A stretch of DNA of 64,000 nt from Fimicolochytrium jonesii (GCF_025526975.1 NW_026515697.1:124001-188000); one strand, 5' to 3'; numbered from the stretch's first letter, positions 39,180 to 52,701 are shown. The notes: generated from the letters alone by a model not told the origin. Numbers and translations are program-made.

Positions 39180-42100
39180 TCACGCGAAAACGGCATGCAA
39201 AGCCTCAAACTCCCGTCGAGAGTTCAAGACAACACATCGAGGACGGTTTGTCGCCGAAGACAAGTTCGCTGGCACGGTCGTACTTGTGCTCGTCGCATTT
39301 ATATCCCGCACCGTAACCTTCCCAATCCTCCACTGCTGTTCCCGCTGCTGTTGGCGCCCCCGGCTTACTTTCCCACTGTCCCCAACCACATCCCCATCCC
39401 CACCAACCCCTCTCAACCACCCCGCCCTCTCCACCAACCCCCTCCTCACCTCCTCGCCCTCCGCCCTCTGCACCCTCGGATCCGTCTTCCACGACGTCCA
39501 GGTCCTGCTCGACGCGGGCGGGAGGGTGGAGACGTTGACGACGCGCGGGGTGGCGAGGTGAAGGGTTGTGTCGCGGAGGAGGGTGCGGGCGAGGTGGGTT
39601 AGGCGGTGTTGCGGTTGTTGTTGCTGCGGGGGCTCTTCCACATCCCCTGCGTGTGGTCTTGCAGTCCCGGGCTTCGTCTCCGCATCAGGTTCAGCCGAAA
39701 CAGCAGCCCCACCACCCTTAACAACCTCCAACCCCCTTCTCATGAGCGGATCCCCCCGTCCAAACAACACCGCAGCACTCGCATTCGCCTTCCCGGCCTT
39801 CAACCGCGCATTCTCCGCCCGGAGATACCCCACCGCCGCCTTCAGCGACGTCAGCTGAGCGTACATCTCCCGCTGGAACACCGCTTCCTCGCCACCTCCT
39901 CTCGGTTCCCTCAGATCCGCTTCCGACCCACCACCGCTCCGCAGAGGGCTGCCGACGTGTTTGCTAGGTGACGCCGCGCCTGTACTGGCAGTATTCGACC
40001 CACCACCCCGATCCAACCGCCGTACAACCCTCCTCAGCTTCTCATTCTCCGTCTCCAACGCCTGCAAATCCGCGTGCAGACTCTCCACGGCCTCCTCATA
40101 CACCCTCGCCTTCTCGCCCACACCACTCAACTCCTCCCTCAACCCCGAAATGACATCCGCATGCCGTCTCGAATCCGCGACGCGTTTCTCCATCAACTCG
40201 ATTTTCAGCTGCGATTCGGCTAGCGCGACGTCTTTTTGTTTTGTGGCGACGAGGAGGGCGGTGAGTTCGGCGGTGAGGTGGGACAGCTGCGTTTGGGTGG
40301 TTGTGTTGAGTGTGTAGTCCTTTTTGCAGAGTGCGGCGCGCGCGTGCCAGGGCGGGGGTTGGGGTGGGCAGGGCGTCCATGCCGTGTCTGCGTTATCAAG
40401 CAACTGATCTATTCGCGAGAACTGCTGTGGTAAAGCGGCCGAGACGTTTTTCACAACAGCGGCAAAGTCCGGTTCCGGACGTGCGAAGAGTTGCTCAACA
40501 GCGTCTTTGGAAATCCGGGCCAATGTCTCGATCGTGATCGGGGACTGGGTCTCGCGGCAGTTGAGGACGTAGGTGAGAGTTTGGGACGCGATACGGGCTG
40601 TGCATTCGGCGAGGTTGGCCGTGTCACCCGCCACGGCCGTTAATACCTCGTACGGCTCCCGCGTGAGCGTCCACCCACCGCCGTCGCGCTGCGCCATGTC
40701 CTCGATCTTGCGCGCCAGCTTCTTGCGAAGGGTCGTGGCTTGTTTCGCGTTCGTTCTCAGGGTCTCCCAGTCTTGTAACGCCGTCCCCCGCGCGGCTTGC
40801 AGACTGGTAGATACTTCATCCGTGATATCCCCGTCGTTCGGCTGCACGGTCAGGATACCGTCGATCCGATCGAGGTTAACACCCACCCTTTCAGCATCAC
40901 GAGCCATAGTCGCCAACGTCGCCGTAACACGGGCGTGCCGGGTCCGTGCGCCCAATTGCGCATCCACAAGCACCGACTCCGCAACCCGTTCCAGCCTTAC
41001 AAGCACAGCCCTTGTCGCCTCAACCACAGCCCCATCAACCGGCGCGTCTTTCTGCAATTGCTCAAGCACCACGTCCAGTTTCATTTCCACGCCGGCGAGG
41101 TGGGTGGGTATTTTGCCAAAGCTCTCGAAATCGGCGGGGGCTGCGGTCTCGATGTGTGTTGCCAATTGTGAAGAGAGACCGCTGACTTGCGCGAGGTAGG
41201 ATAGCACGTGCAGTGCGACGGCGAGGTGGTCCGTATCCCCCGTTGGTACATGCGCGGACTCATCGACCCACCGGGCCAGCAACAAGGCCTTGAACTGCAT
41301 CCGTTTGAACAGCAGCAGAGCCGCGATGGAGCTGTGGTCGGTTTGGAAGAAGGTTTCGGGGAGGTAGGGTGTCAGGATACTGAGGTGCAGATTGGCCTGC
41401 TCGACTTCGAGTTTGCGTAATTCGAGCTCGACGGAGCGCGCGTGGGCTTTGGCTTGTGTGGATTGGAGCTGGAGTTGTAGTTTGATCATGGCTTGGCTCT
41501 GACTGTTAAGATTGCGGTCGCCGGCTGAATCCACTTCAGCGGCATCCGCACCGCCATCCTGCACCGCTGGCCCCAAATTCTCCAAATCGCCTTGCAAAGT
41601 CCTCACAAGCTCCCTAAACTGCTGAATCGTCCGATCCGAATCCGCCAACGCATCCTCCATCGCCGCCAGTCTCGCCCTCTGCTCCACCACCACCGCCTCC
41701 TTGACCTCAATCTCCTCCTGCAGCAGATTCTCCGTCTCAATATGATCTTCCTCCAACTGATCATTCAACTCCCTCAACGCCTCCAAATCGCGGATCACGG
41801 CTTTCGCGTCCTCGAGTTTCTCGTTCAGCGCCATGTTCCGCTCCGTGAGGGCGCCGACCATATCTTCCACGCCGAGCGAGTCGTCCATCATGGCTTTGAG
41901 CTCGTCGACGGCGGATTCGGCGGCGAGTAATTCCTCGGTCGCTTTTGCGTACTGGTCTTTGTAGGCCTCGAGCTCGGCGACTTCTTCTTCGAGGGCGGTT
42001 ATTCTAGATTTGAGGTTGGATTCTTCTTGGAAGGAGACGTCACGGAGTTTGATGAGGGCTTCTTTGAGGCGTTCGTTTTGGCGTTCGAGTTGGGTTTGTG

Positions 42101-43989
42101 AGATTTGTTCGGCTGTGCGCGGCTGTGTGGGGTTTGCTGATACTGATTCCGCCGCCGCGAGCCCGCCACCCCCCTCATCTCTGGCAGTCCCCTGATCCAA
42201 ATCCAACTCCCGCTCCTGCTTCAGAACCTCCAAATCCAAACTCAACTCCTCCACCCTCTCCTCCAGTATCCTAACCTCCGCCTGCAACGACTCGGCCCGT
42301 TCCTCCGCCATCTCCTTATCCAACAGCATAATCTCCATATTCTCCTGCACCTCCAACACCTGTGCATTCGCGCGGTCGCGTTCATCGTGGGCGTCACGCA
42401 CACTGCGTCGGAGGCCACTGACTTCGGACTGGACTTCTTGTAGCTTTTCCGAAAGTTTGTGTTTGGCCGTGGTGGTTGCGTCGAGTTCTACGCGCATGCG
42501 TTCGAGTTCGACGAGCTTTTCGCGGTCTTGCGCGGATTTGAGTTCGAGGTGGGTAAGTTTGATGCGGAGTTCTTCAAGGTCGCGGAGGGGGACGAGCTTT
42601 CGTTTGCGAGAAGGGGTTGATGGGGGAAAGGATTTAGTTTGCACGATCAAACTGCAGTTTGCGACGCACACTTTGGCCTACCTGGCTGAACTTTGCGGGA
42701 CTGGCCGGTACCTGACTAGCGGAAAACGACAAACGTCGGTCGGACGGCGCGCGGCTCTCTGCCCACCCCTCCGCGGGCATAGGCGGTACCGATGCTGAGG
42801 GTACCGTTTCCTCCGCCTTATCCTGCTCAACTACGGTGTCCTGCTTCTCCACATCCACCACTGGGCCTTTATTGTCTGCAGAAGACATCTCATCGACGCC
42901 AACATCCTCTAACACGACATCTTCAGACATGACCGAAGGTGATTCAGAGCGCGACTGCTGTATCAAGTTCAGCGCATGTGTCGATTCTATGACAGCAGAG
43001 AGGGTATGCGGCACTGCCTCGATTTCCGCTGACGGGGTATCAGGCGGAGACGCAGTATACGGAGTGCTTGAACTACTCGCATGCTTAACCGCTGCCGCCA
43101 CTCTCGTAACCGACGCCCGCTCAGCCCCAATCGACCGCCTGGAGGGCCGTTCAGCTTCACCAACCGCGGGCCGGGTAATCGACGTCCGCTCAGCAGCGGC
43201 GCCACCTCCCGCCACCCTCGTAACCGACGACCTCTCCGCCCCAACCCCAACCTTCGAAGTCCTCCTCGCCGTCGTCGTTGGCGCAACATACCCCGTCGAC
43301 CCAACCGGTGAAATAGTCGACCTCCGCAGTTTCGGCGACGTGGCTCCCGAAGACGTCGGAGTGTTGATCGGGGATCTAACGTGGGACGAACTCGCACCGC
43401 CCGCTGCCGTTGTCGCCGCTGTGGTCGTGCTCGCACGCGTCAGACTAGGTTTTCGAGATCGCGTGCCGACGGTGGATGAGGATGGTGGAGGACCGCCTAG
43501 CGAGGAAGGCGGGCGGGACACAGAGGCCGAGCTTGGGCGGCCCGTGGTGGTGTTGGTGGTGGTGGTAGCCGACATCGGCGCCCGGGAAATCGATAATCGC
43601 GATGTCGGCGGCGTGATGGTCCTCGTCGGCGCAGACGCCGGCCGGGTCCGTGGCAACGGTGTAGCCTGCACTGCGCCCTCCCCATTCCCACCCACTCTCG
43701 GCGAGCCAAGATGATCACCCCTAACCTGACTCGGTCTCACAAAAACCCCGTAATTCGGTGGACAATCAAAGTACCGTTTCCCCTGCACGGAGCCATCGTT
43801 CTTGCCGTTGGGCTCCTGTAACTCGAGACCGACCCAGGAGCCGGGCGCAAAGGCGGTGAGGCCGGCGTAGCGGACGATGCCTGGGCCGGCTGAGACGTGG
43901 ACGTGGGAGCCGAGGGCGGGGAGGGAGGCGGGGTCGTCGGGCTCTGAGGGTGCGGGGGAGGTTGGGGATGAGGAGGCTGGGTCGGCCAT
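39180..43989 (-). CDS. DCTN1: Dynactin p150Glued subunit; 2 exons
   Basis: CAP-Gly domain ([36 protein letters not shown]), basic Ser/Pro linker, intron ~42597-42681, coiled coil with [11 protein letters not shown] and [18 protein letters not shown], dynactin domain. Confidence 0.95.
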
Positions 43990-44383
43990 TGTGGGTGTGC
44001 CGGTGCTTGTGTGTGCTGTGCTGCTGCGTGAAATCTGCCGTCGTCAGTCCGTCAATGGTTTCTCATGGCCATGGGGGGGAGCAAAGAGAGCACAGCAGAC
44101 ACGCAGAGACCGAGACGCGTCGCAAGGTTCCAAGAAAGGCAAAGAAAGAACCACATCCCCATGAACTTGTTCTTCCGCTGTTTCGAGAGCCAGTTACATT
44201 CCACTACATGCGCCTACGCCCGTAACGCCCCCTGCTATCTACTCTACATGAATCTACAGTAGCTTGCATGATCTCCAGTTTCCCTCTACATACATCCACG
44301 AAGAAGGGAGGAGTCCCTTCTCCTGGTGATTTCTCATCTGCAACGTTCCCACGTACCCCCCAGCTCGAACCCAACAACACAGT

Positions 44384-47300
44384 TCAGAAGTATCCGAGAT
44401 GAGCTCGTCTGCTGGCGACGGCCGGTGAGGCTTCTTGCGTCGTGGTTTCGTCGAGAGGGGTGGCCGGGCTTGGATCTGACTCTATCCCCGCAGCCTCTGC
44501 TTCGATTCGTCCCAAATCAACGTCCTGCGTGACAGGCGCCGAGACGGCCTCATGTGTCGAGTCTGCTACAACGAATGCGGGGTTGGTTTCGGATGTTGTC
44601 GCCGCCGTCGGGTCTGCGCGGCGGGTGACAGACCGCACATCACTAGTCTCGTCCTGCGCCTCGGTCGCTTCCGTGACAGAGATGTCTTCACCCCCCGATT
44701 GCACCGCCATCCCCGCGTCGTCGCTTTCATGTGCAGGACCCGCGGTTGCACTTGCCCGTTCGCCATCAGCCGCAGCATCCTGTCCACTCCTCAACCCCCA
44801 TTCCGACGTCTCATCCCATTCACCTACTTCCGCACCCTTCGTCGCCGGTTCATCCATCCCAACGACCCCACCCCCATCCTCAACCCTTCCCGGAACCCAC
44901 TCAACCTCCACCCCCAACCCGCGCACAACCTCCCTCACCAACCCCATCTCAACCTCCCAAACCCCCCTCACCATCTCCTCCATCTCCAGAAACGCCTCCG
45001 CTACCATCCTTTCCTTCTTCGCCTTGTCCGCAATCGTTTGTTCCCCACCGAGGGAGACAGCCCACCCCCGCCACCCCTCGACGAATCCCGTGTATGCGAG
45101 TCTGAGAGGGCCGGCGGACCCGGCGAGGAGTTCGGGGATGGGGTGCGTGAGGGCGGTGGCAAGGGAGGTGAGGGCGAGCCGGGTGGTGTGGACAGTGTAG
45201 TGGAGGTTGTTGTGGTAGCGTTGTGTCACTTGCTGTCCTCCTTTTCTCTTTGCCTTCTGTTGTTTCGGTGTAGCGTCTCCCTTATCGTCGTCGTGGGTGA
45301 TGGCGGACGCTTGCTTCTCGTACGCCTCCAATTCGAGGACGGCGGTTTGGAGCGTAGCCTCCAACCCGGGCCTCTCCCTCTCGCTCCGCACCCGCGCCGC
45401 CTTCAACTTTCCATTCACGATGCGGGTCCAATACGCCGTCAACCGCTCCGCGGATGCGACGTGGGTCAGGAGGAATTCGCGCGCTTCGATGGATCGTCCG
45501 TTGTGGCCGAGACAGTGGAGGACGTGGTGGAGGGTTGTGCGGGAGGTGAGGGGGTGGTTGCGGGGCGAGTGGTGGGGTGGGGGTTGTGACTCGTGGGCGG
45601 GGGTGGAGGAGCGCGGAGTGGAAGATGAGTGTTGAAGTGCAGAAGCAGCGAATTCCACCTCACGCAACGCTTTCAGTTCCTGATAAGCCCGTAACGCAAG
45701 CTGCCAATCCCGCGACTTTTGCAGGGCTTCGATGAGCATCTCGTACGATTTCGACGACACTTTCGTGTACGCTGCCACAGCCGGGTCCTGCCGGTTTTCC
45801 CCCTCCCCACGGGTCATCTCCCTACGCTGCTGCACCACCCTCCCCAACGGCTCATAAACGGTCTCGCGGATCTCATGCCCCGGATGCGGGTAATGCGCCA
45901 GCGCAAGCGCCGCAAACCCAAAACAGTCGTCATTGGGTGTGATCCCCTCCCTCTGCATCTGCAGGTAGAGTCTTAGCACCATGTTGTGTTTGCCCAGCCG
46001 GTGAGCAGCCCGGATCGCGGTCGTGTACGCCACAACCCCCAACTTCACCCGCTCGCGTTCCGTCCTCGCTTCAAACATGTTCACGACGCTCTTGTCGTTC
46101 CCGCACGCGTCGTGCGCGGCCATCACCGCGTCCGCTGATACCGGGTCCAGTTTCCGTTCCGACGCGGTGAACTGCATGAAATTATGCACCTCGGCTACAC
46201 CCTTGGGGTCACGGGCCACTTTAACCCGTTCTGTGAGGCGCTGTGACGCAAAGGCTTCGAGAAAGGCGTGGCAGGTTAACTTATCCGGCTGGATTCCGGC
46301 TTGGCGGAGGAGACGCCACAGGTCGCGGGCTTCGGTGAGGAGGCGGTGCGCGGTGGGGCGGCGGAGGTAGACTGCCAGTATGGTCCGCCAGCATTTACCG
46401 GAGTAACTATCCAGGGCCGGTGGAGTTGCGCGATTATCGACGAACAGGAACCGGTGCATTTCTTCGATCTTTTTTTCGTGATCTTTCATCGCGCGGAAGA
46501 TGAAGGCGTACATGAGCGGATCGGGTGTGATGCTGCAGTGTTTGATCTCCTTCAACACCGCAACAGCTCGCGCCGGGTAGGATGCAGGATTCCGCTGCGT
46601 GAAGGGTGTGCGCGCGAGCATGTGTTGCATGAGACGGTGCCAGTCTTCTATACGTAGCTGGCGGGTGGCTTTGCGACTCTTCAATTCGGTGAAGACGGTG
46701 TGTACGGTCTCGGGGGAGAGGTTTCGTAGCCAGTCGGTTTTTTCGCGGGTCCAGGATACGAGTTCGTCGGTTGAGAGTGGTGGGTATTTGGGATCTGTTA
46801 AGCGGGCGGTGAAGTCTGTTGCTTTGGAAATGGCGGTCGGGTCTTTGGATGGGGGTTGGGGTGCGAGATCTGCGTCCCATTCGTGGTGATGTGGCCGATT
46901 TCGCCTATTGTTGGACCCATCGATCCTCATTTGGTCCAGAAGAGAAGCTTTGATGGTGTTTGCTTTGAATAGATGTGGTGGGCGGCGCTCGGGTATCATG
47001 ATCTCTGGGCGTAGACGGCCTCTCGACTGGGGAAGTAGCGTTTGCTCTGCCGCCTTCCCCTCCCGCTTCGTCTCCATCTCCGCCACCAACTGCCGCCCCA
47101 GCTGAGAGCCCTTGGTAAACAAATACGGTCGCTTCTGACTCGGCAAGTGGTTGCGTGCTGCATTCGTGCGAGGTGTCTTGACATCCACTGGCATTACGCG
47201 GCCGCGACTTTCCGCGGTCCCCCTCGTCTGTGGCTGATCCTCTTTCAGTAGTTCCTTAGACTCCGACGAAGGTGGCGCTGCTATGGAGCTCGCTCGTCGG

Positions 47301-47407
47301 GCGCCGAGGCAGGGTTGCTGACGACCTCTTACGGGGGTGGTGGCGAAGGTGGCGAAGGTGGAGGCGGTAGTTGAGCGCCGGCAGACGACGCTTTTACACG
47401 ACGGCAT
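44384..47407 (-). CDS. Pentatricopeptide-repeat (PPR) protein, probably mitochondrial; intronless
   Basis: Arg/Ser/Thr-rich presequence-like N-terminus; PPR units ITPDPLMYAFIF, GIQPDKLTCHAFL, VVAYTTAIRAA...MQREGITPN, KSYEMLIEAL. Confidence 0.8.
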   Translation of the reverse strand: MPSCKSVVCRRSTTASTFATFATTPVRGRQQPCLGARRASSIAAPPSSESKELLKEDQPQTRGTAESRGRVMPVDVKTPRTNAARNHLPSQKRPYLFTKGSQLGRQLVAEMETKREGKAAEQTLLPQSRGRLRPEIMIPERRPPHLFKANTIKASLLDQMRIDGSNNRRNRPHHHEWDADLAPQPPSKDPTAISKATDFTARLTDPKYPPLSTDELVSWTREKTDWLRNLSPETVHTVFTELKSRKATRQLRIEDWHRLMQHMLARTPFTQRNPASYPARAVAVLKEIKHCSITPDPLMYAFIFRAMKDHEKKIEEMHRFLFVDNRATPPALDSYSGKCWRTILAVYLRRPTAHRLLTEARDLWRLLRQAGIQPDKLTCHAFLEAFASQRLTERVKVARDPKGVAEVHNFMQFTASERKLDPVSADAVMAAHDACGNDKSVVNMFEARTERERVKLGVVAYTTAIRAAHRLGKHNMVLRLYLQMQREGITPNDDCFGFAALALAHYPHPGHEIRETVYEPLGRVVQQRREMTRGEGENRQDPAVAAYTKVSSKSYEMLIEALQKSRDWQLALRAYQELKALREVEFAASALQHSSSTPRSSTPAHESQPPPHHSPRNHPLTSRTTLHHVLHCLGHNGRSIEAREFLLTHVASAERLTAYWTRIVNGKLKAARVRSERERPGLEATLQTAVLELEAYEKQASAITHDDDKGDATPKQQKAKRKGGQQVTQRYHNNLHYTVHTTRLALTSLATALTHPIPELLAGSAGPLRLAYTGFVEGWRGWAVSLGGEQTIADKAKKERMVAEAFLEMEEMVRGVWEVEMGLVREVVRGLGVEVEWVPGRVEDGGGVVGMDEPATKGAEVGEWDETSEWGLRSGQDAAADGERASATAGPAHESDDAGMAVQSGGEDISVTEATEAQDETSDVRSVTRRADPTAATTSETNPAFVVADSTHEAVSAPVTQDVDLGRIEAEAAGIESDPSPATPLDETTTQEASPAVASRRAHLGYF

Positions 47408-47804
47408 TGCGTGAGGACGACTCAAGGAACAGCTATATAGCAGCCTGCAAGACGCAGCGAGTATGAGCCTGTTGCAGAGAAAGTGCGCGAGCGAGGGGAG
47501 CTCTTTTGCACACTCGGCTGTCTCGCTGGCGGTGGGGGGGTGGGTGACGCGGTGTGCTAAGCATCAGAACTAGAAGAACAATCCACTCCCATCCCCCTTT
47601 TCTAATCGCGCGCCTAATCACAAGCGACTCCACCCGCCCCCTGCGACTGGCTGGATTGCACGTCTGGGTGCGTGGGTTCCCTTTCGGACATCGTCGCAGG
47701 TGTTCCTTCCCAACCGTCCTCTCCCTTTCGCCCAACTCAACTTCACCCCCCATCGGGCAGCAACTCCACCCTCCTGCACACGACTCTAACCCCGCCCGGC
47801 CGCC

Positions 47805-50496
47805 ATGCTGAAGGACCAGCCCGACAACCCACCACCTCCTCCTCCACCACCACCACTCCCCAACTCCATCACGCCCTCCGAGGCCTGGCTCACCCGCAAA
47901 GCCCCACCCTTCACCCGTCCCGACGTCCTCTCCCACTCCCAAACAACCTCCCCGCGCACCCCCAAACGCATATCCCAAAGCTTCCTCTTCACGGCCCGCA
48001 AAGCAATGAACGACCCCAACTTCCCTTACAACGACCTCACCAAATCCCTGTTCAGTCTATCTACCAGTAGTTTCGCAAAGTCGACGAGGAACTTATCTAG
48101 TCCGACGAAACCGCCGCAGCAGCTACGCATTGGGGATGGTGCGCGGCGGGATGGGTCTGCGAGCGCTGATGAGGCGACGCTGGTGGAGGGGAGTGGGAGG
48201 CAGACGCCGCGGACGGTGGGAACGGATTTTGGGGAGGAGGACGACTTTGAGGTGAATGTTACGGATCTGTCGCTGCCACATATCGATGAGGATCGGATAG
48301 AGGAGGATATACCAGAGGACAAGGCAGAGACGGAGGCGGAGGCAGAGGTGGACATATCATCAATCTCCGGGTTGCTGGAACCACTAGAGCCAGACTCAAA
48401 GCAGGAGCACGACAGCGAGAAAGAAGACGAAACAGGTCTCCTCAACGACGAAGACGACGACAACGCAAACAACGTGTCGGCATCGTTGACACAGGACGAG
48501 CAAGTCTACGTAGACGACGGGTCCCGTCTCCGACTCGAGCATCTCACTTCCTACGCCGAAGACGCCTCGCAGCTCCGGTGTGCATCCCTCTCCCCATCGC
48601 GGAATCAACTCGCCAGTCGGTCGGGGTTCATCCCGCTCCTCGACGACGACTCAAAGGACGAGGAGGAGACCTCCCCAAGCATCGACCCTTCGTTTGCCGA
48701 ATCGTCACCACCGAGGCATATCATTCCCACCGACGACGTGAAAACAACCACCGACGCAATCGACACATCGTACGAACTGAAACGCGCCCACGAAGAACTC
48801 ACCTGGCTCCGCGACCAGTTGCATATCTCAGAATCCGTGCGCATCCGACTCGAGGCCGAGGCCGCGAAGGTCAATGTGCAGCTGGCGGAGATGAAGACGG
48901 TCAAGGAGGCGCAGGCGCAGATGCGGGAGATGTATCAGGCGCGGTTGGATGAGGCCGCTGGGGTGGTTGAGGGGGTTAGGAGGGCGGGTGAGGAGCAGGT
49001 GTGTTGGGGTGCGTTGGTGGTGTAAGGATGGGTTTTGCGGAGGGACTGATCTCGTTGTGGGTGCGTTGCAGATCCGAGCATTGCAGGATGAGAACGCGAG
49101 GTTGAGGAATGAGAATGCGGGGTTGGCAAGGCAGGTCTATGAGATGCAGGAGAAGAATGCTCAAGGTGAGACGAACCCGTTCGCCTTTTCAGGACCACTA
49201 TCCCAGAAGCAGAGGATTGAATGCGGCAACTGCTTAACCTCTTCCCTCGCCTAGCAACAATGTCCGCTCAACGCGAACTCGAACTAGAAAGTGTGATAGA
49301 GGCCCTTCACCACGAGAAGGAAGACCTCTACGAGCGCCTCAAAGCCGCCGACGTCGCCAAATCGACGGGCGAACAGTCGTTCCGCATCTTTTCCCGCAGA
49401 CTGCGCACGATGCAGGAGCAGCTAAACTCCGCACACGAGGAGACGGAGACCATCCGTGCCGAGTTGCGACGGATGCAGTATGAGGCCCCCAACGCGCCCA
49501 TCTCGAACGGGGATGGCTTCTTCAGGGAAAAACTGGAGGAGGTGCAGAGCGAGAATGCGGCGTTGAGGAGGATGGTGGAGGAGATGCGACACGACACCAC
49601 CACCGATGCGGGGCACCCTACCACGCCCTCGTCGCGGATCTCAACGGCACCGCCCTCCCGCGTCCCCAGCGCATTCACCTCCCGCACACACAGCCCCGCC
49701 CTATCCCGCGCGAAATCGATGTCGGTCACCGCGTGGGATCAGCATCCGTACACGCGGCAGGACTCCTCACCCTATGCGACGTCACCGTACGCCACAACAG
49801 CGACGTCGCCGTACGCGACGACATCACCCACCGACCATCAACGCCGCTCCTTTGCGGAAAAGATGCGCTTGTACGAGTCCGACCCGCACCTCCCCGCCGT
49901 AGCCGCAGCGCCGTTGACCGCGTCGTCGTCGCCGAGGATGTCACCGCGCATGTCGGCCTCGGTTCTGTCGGCCGACAACCCGTTTGCGAACCCCGGGAGG
50001 CGCGCGGAGGTGGCTGGCGGGGTATACACTGCGCACAAGGGGCGGGCGGGACACACCGGGGAGGCGTGGGCGGACGGGCATAGTCCCGGGCATGGGTTCT
50101 CGCCGGCGAAGGGGAACACGCTCGCCGGCGGGACCCCTGTGACACCGACACCGCCGGCGGCGCAGAACGGGTACTTGCAAACGAGGGACGAGCTGAATCG
50201 GGAGCTGGCCGCGCTGGCGGCTACGAAGGCGGCGGTACGTGTGTGGTGCTTTCCTGTCTTTTTTTCGTGGCACTGTTTTCGGGATGTGGGACGTCCCCCA
50301 TACTCCACAGTTACTCCCCCCCAATCATGTCTAAACCTGCCGATTTTGGTTTTAGTTGACATCGGAAATGAGCAAGATGCCGCTCACAGGCGGCCGCACG
50401 CGGCGCCGGAAAGAAGAGATCGAGGCGCAGCTGGATGATGTCGATAAGGCGATTGGCGGGGTTAAGCGGCGGATGAGGGGGCATGGGATGATATGA
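47805..50496 (+). CDS. Coiled-coil protein with MPHOSPH9-like C-terminal domain (putative centriolar); multi-exon
   Basis: ORFs 47805-49025 and 49221-50438 joined by introns; last exon LTSEMSKMPLTGGRTRRRKEEIEAQLDDVDKAIGGVKRRMRGHGMI* resembles the MPHOSPH9 C-terminus. Confidence 0.65.
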
Positions 50497-52282
50497 TGTG
50501 AGATCACGGGCGTGATGAGATGGGTGGGGGGTGGATTACAGGTAGGGACGAATGTGTATATAGGGGACGTATCGATTGATACGCTTGTACTGGGTGATGG
50601 TGGGTCGGCGTATGTGCGAGTGAGCAAACCCCCGTTTGACGGTGTACATATTGTGGAGGTCGTGCGGGACAACCAAATGGGGATGGAAGTGGGGTCCGTG
50701 CAAATCTGCAGCGCAAGAAAACATCCCTTGCTTTGAAAGCGGCCCAGGATCCAGTTTCGGATTTCACCTCCATGGTTATAGTCACACGTACCCATCAGAG
50801 CAGAGGTGATGACGCTGATGCGCTATGAGATGCCTCTGGACATTGTCGTGAACAGTCTGGCCATCACCTTCATGGGCGGGTGTGCTCCAATCAGCATTCC
50901 ACCCACATGGAGCTGAGCGTTCCTCCCCACCTCCCCAACACAAGTCCTCGCTGCCACCCTGACTGTCAAACATGTTTTCTGGTTGGGCAAATCTGTCGAA
51001 GTCTTCTCGATAGACCGCAAATGCTTCCTTGCAAGTCTTGGAGCAGCATCCGTAGCAAGAGAACAGGTGTGATACCGGTCGTTCCTGCCATGATCTGTCG
51101 CATGGAGGCGCGGTCGACATTTTCAGGCCTGCTGGTCAACTTGTGTCCTCGGTCAATCAAGGTCGGGAAGGTTCATATACCCAGTGCTTGCATATGCCAT
51201 CCCGGTGACGTTGATCTTGCCGTTCCACTACAGTGACTCCCCCGACTCGCTTTTTGCACCGGGGCGGGCGTATAGCAGGCATCGTCCCTTCTACGTTAAG
51301 CAGATGTTTCTCTTCTCCATGGACGGAGGTGCTGGATGGGAGAGAGCCCATCACGGTTTCGAGTTCGTTTCTGCAACCGGGAAGTTGTAAATTTGCCCTC
51401 TTTGCCTGAACTGGGGGTCCCTCTCTGTCTTGTGGCTCCAAAATGCCCTCTCATTGACATTTCCTTCTTTCGTTTGCATTCGCCGCAGACTCCATGGGCA
51501 AGCGTCCATATGACTTGATGAGACTCACTTTGCAGAACGGCGCATTTCTGAAGGACGCAAACTACTGCGGGAGGTCCGTTTTCATGAAATGGGCCTTTCT
51601 GCGGAACGAGGTTGGATTGAGAAATGAGAAATGGGCGGAATCCCACCGACACTCACCTGAGGGCGGAAGCACCGGGCGCCAAGTGGACGGAGACGACAGT
51701 GGACAGACAGACACAACACACGCTCAAGAGGACTGTCTTTGTAGTCTTGGAAGTGTTTGCTCGTACAGTACCTCTTTGCCGTGGGAACCTTTTGTGGTTT
51801 GCTTGTGGTTGCTCTCGCTGCTGTCTGCGGGTGGTGTCTGAGACGCGCCCCCGCTCCCAATCATGACGGCTGCATCTCAATGGTGTCGCTCCCCCACGGC
51901 GAGGTTCGTTTGTTTGCTGGTCGCGCGAGTTCAGCCGGCTGCCGGTCGTGGTGACAAAAATGGTAAGCACCCGCCATGAAAATTATTATGAGCAACAATA
52001 ATATGCCCCCCCCCCCCCGAGGAATATGATGGAGAGCAGAGAGAGAGAGAGAGAGGCGTCGGTGGGTCCCCCCCCATAGCGACACACTCCGCCAGACAGA
52101 GCAACACACAACTGTCGTCAGGCAGGCAGTCAGAGAAAAGAAAAAACGTGCGCCGAGAATAAGGTGCCCAGAGATATCGGACTAAGCAGCATAAGCCACT
52201 AGAGAGTCAAGCACAGCACACAGCAACGGGTGTGTACAAGAGACGCACTGACCTGCTGACCTGGCGTTGGTGGCGATTTTAT

Positions 52283-52306
52283 CCCCCCCCCCCCCCCCCC
52301 CCCCCC
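52283..52306 (+). repeat. poly-C24 tract
   Basis: 24 consecutive C, about 400 bp upstream of the CHD ATG. Confidence 0.9.
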
Positions 52307-52701
52307 ACACTACATTTCTTGCACTGGTAGGTTGACCCTGGCTTGGGATCTTGCGGACGATGCCATGGCGAGCGTGAAGGGGAGCCATTGTATAGGTGGC
52401 GGGAATTTCAAGTACAGGTGGAGGACTTTTGATGGGGGGAATTTGGGCGGCATGGATGAGGAGAGTTTGCTCATCTCCCAGACATAGCTCCGCTGTCTCT
52501 TGGGCGGACTAGGCTTCTCCAAACCGGGGCCCAACTTGTGGTGTCGAGTCCGGAGGCAGGATAGACAACCTCCACTTCAGCGAGGAAGCGGACGGGAGCG
52601 AACCGGAGCTGCCAGTCCAGCAACAGTCGCCTGGAATAACACAAATCCTTTCGCTTTCCAAACTAATCCACATCTCCCCTCCCCATCATTTAGAGAACAT
52701 C

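Noticed and set aside
50966..51160. IMAGTTGITPVLL resembles the FNR/cytochrome-b5-reductase NAD-binding motif
   Set aside because: Isolated short ORF with no FAD-binding or other flanking motifs; likely a chance match.
52398..52411. E2F/CHR-like site GGCGGGAATTTCAA upstream of CHD; similar GCGGGAA sites elsewhere
   Set aside because: Short motif expected by chance in GC-rich DNA; cannot be supported without conservation data.
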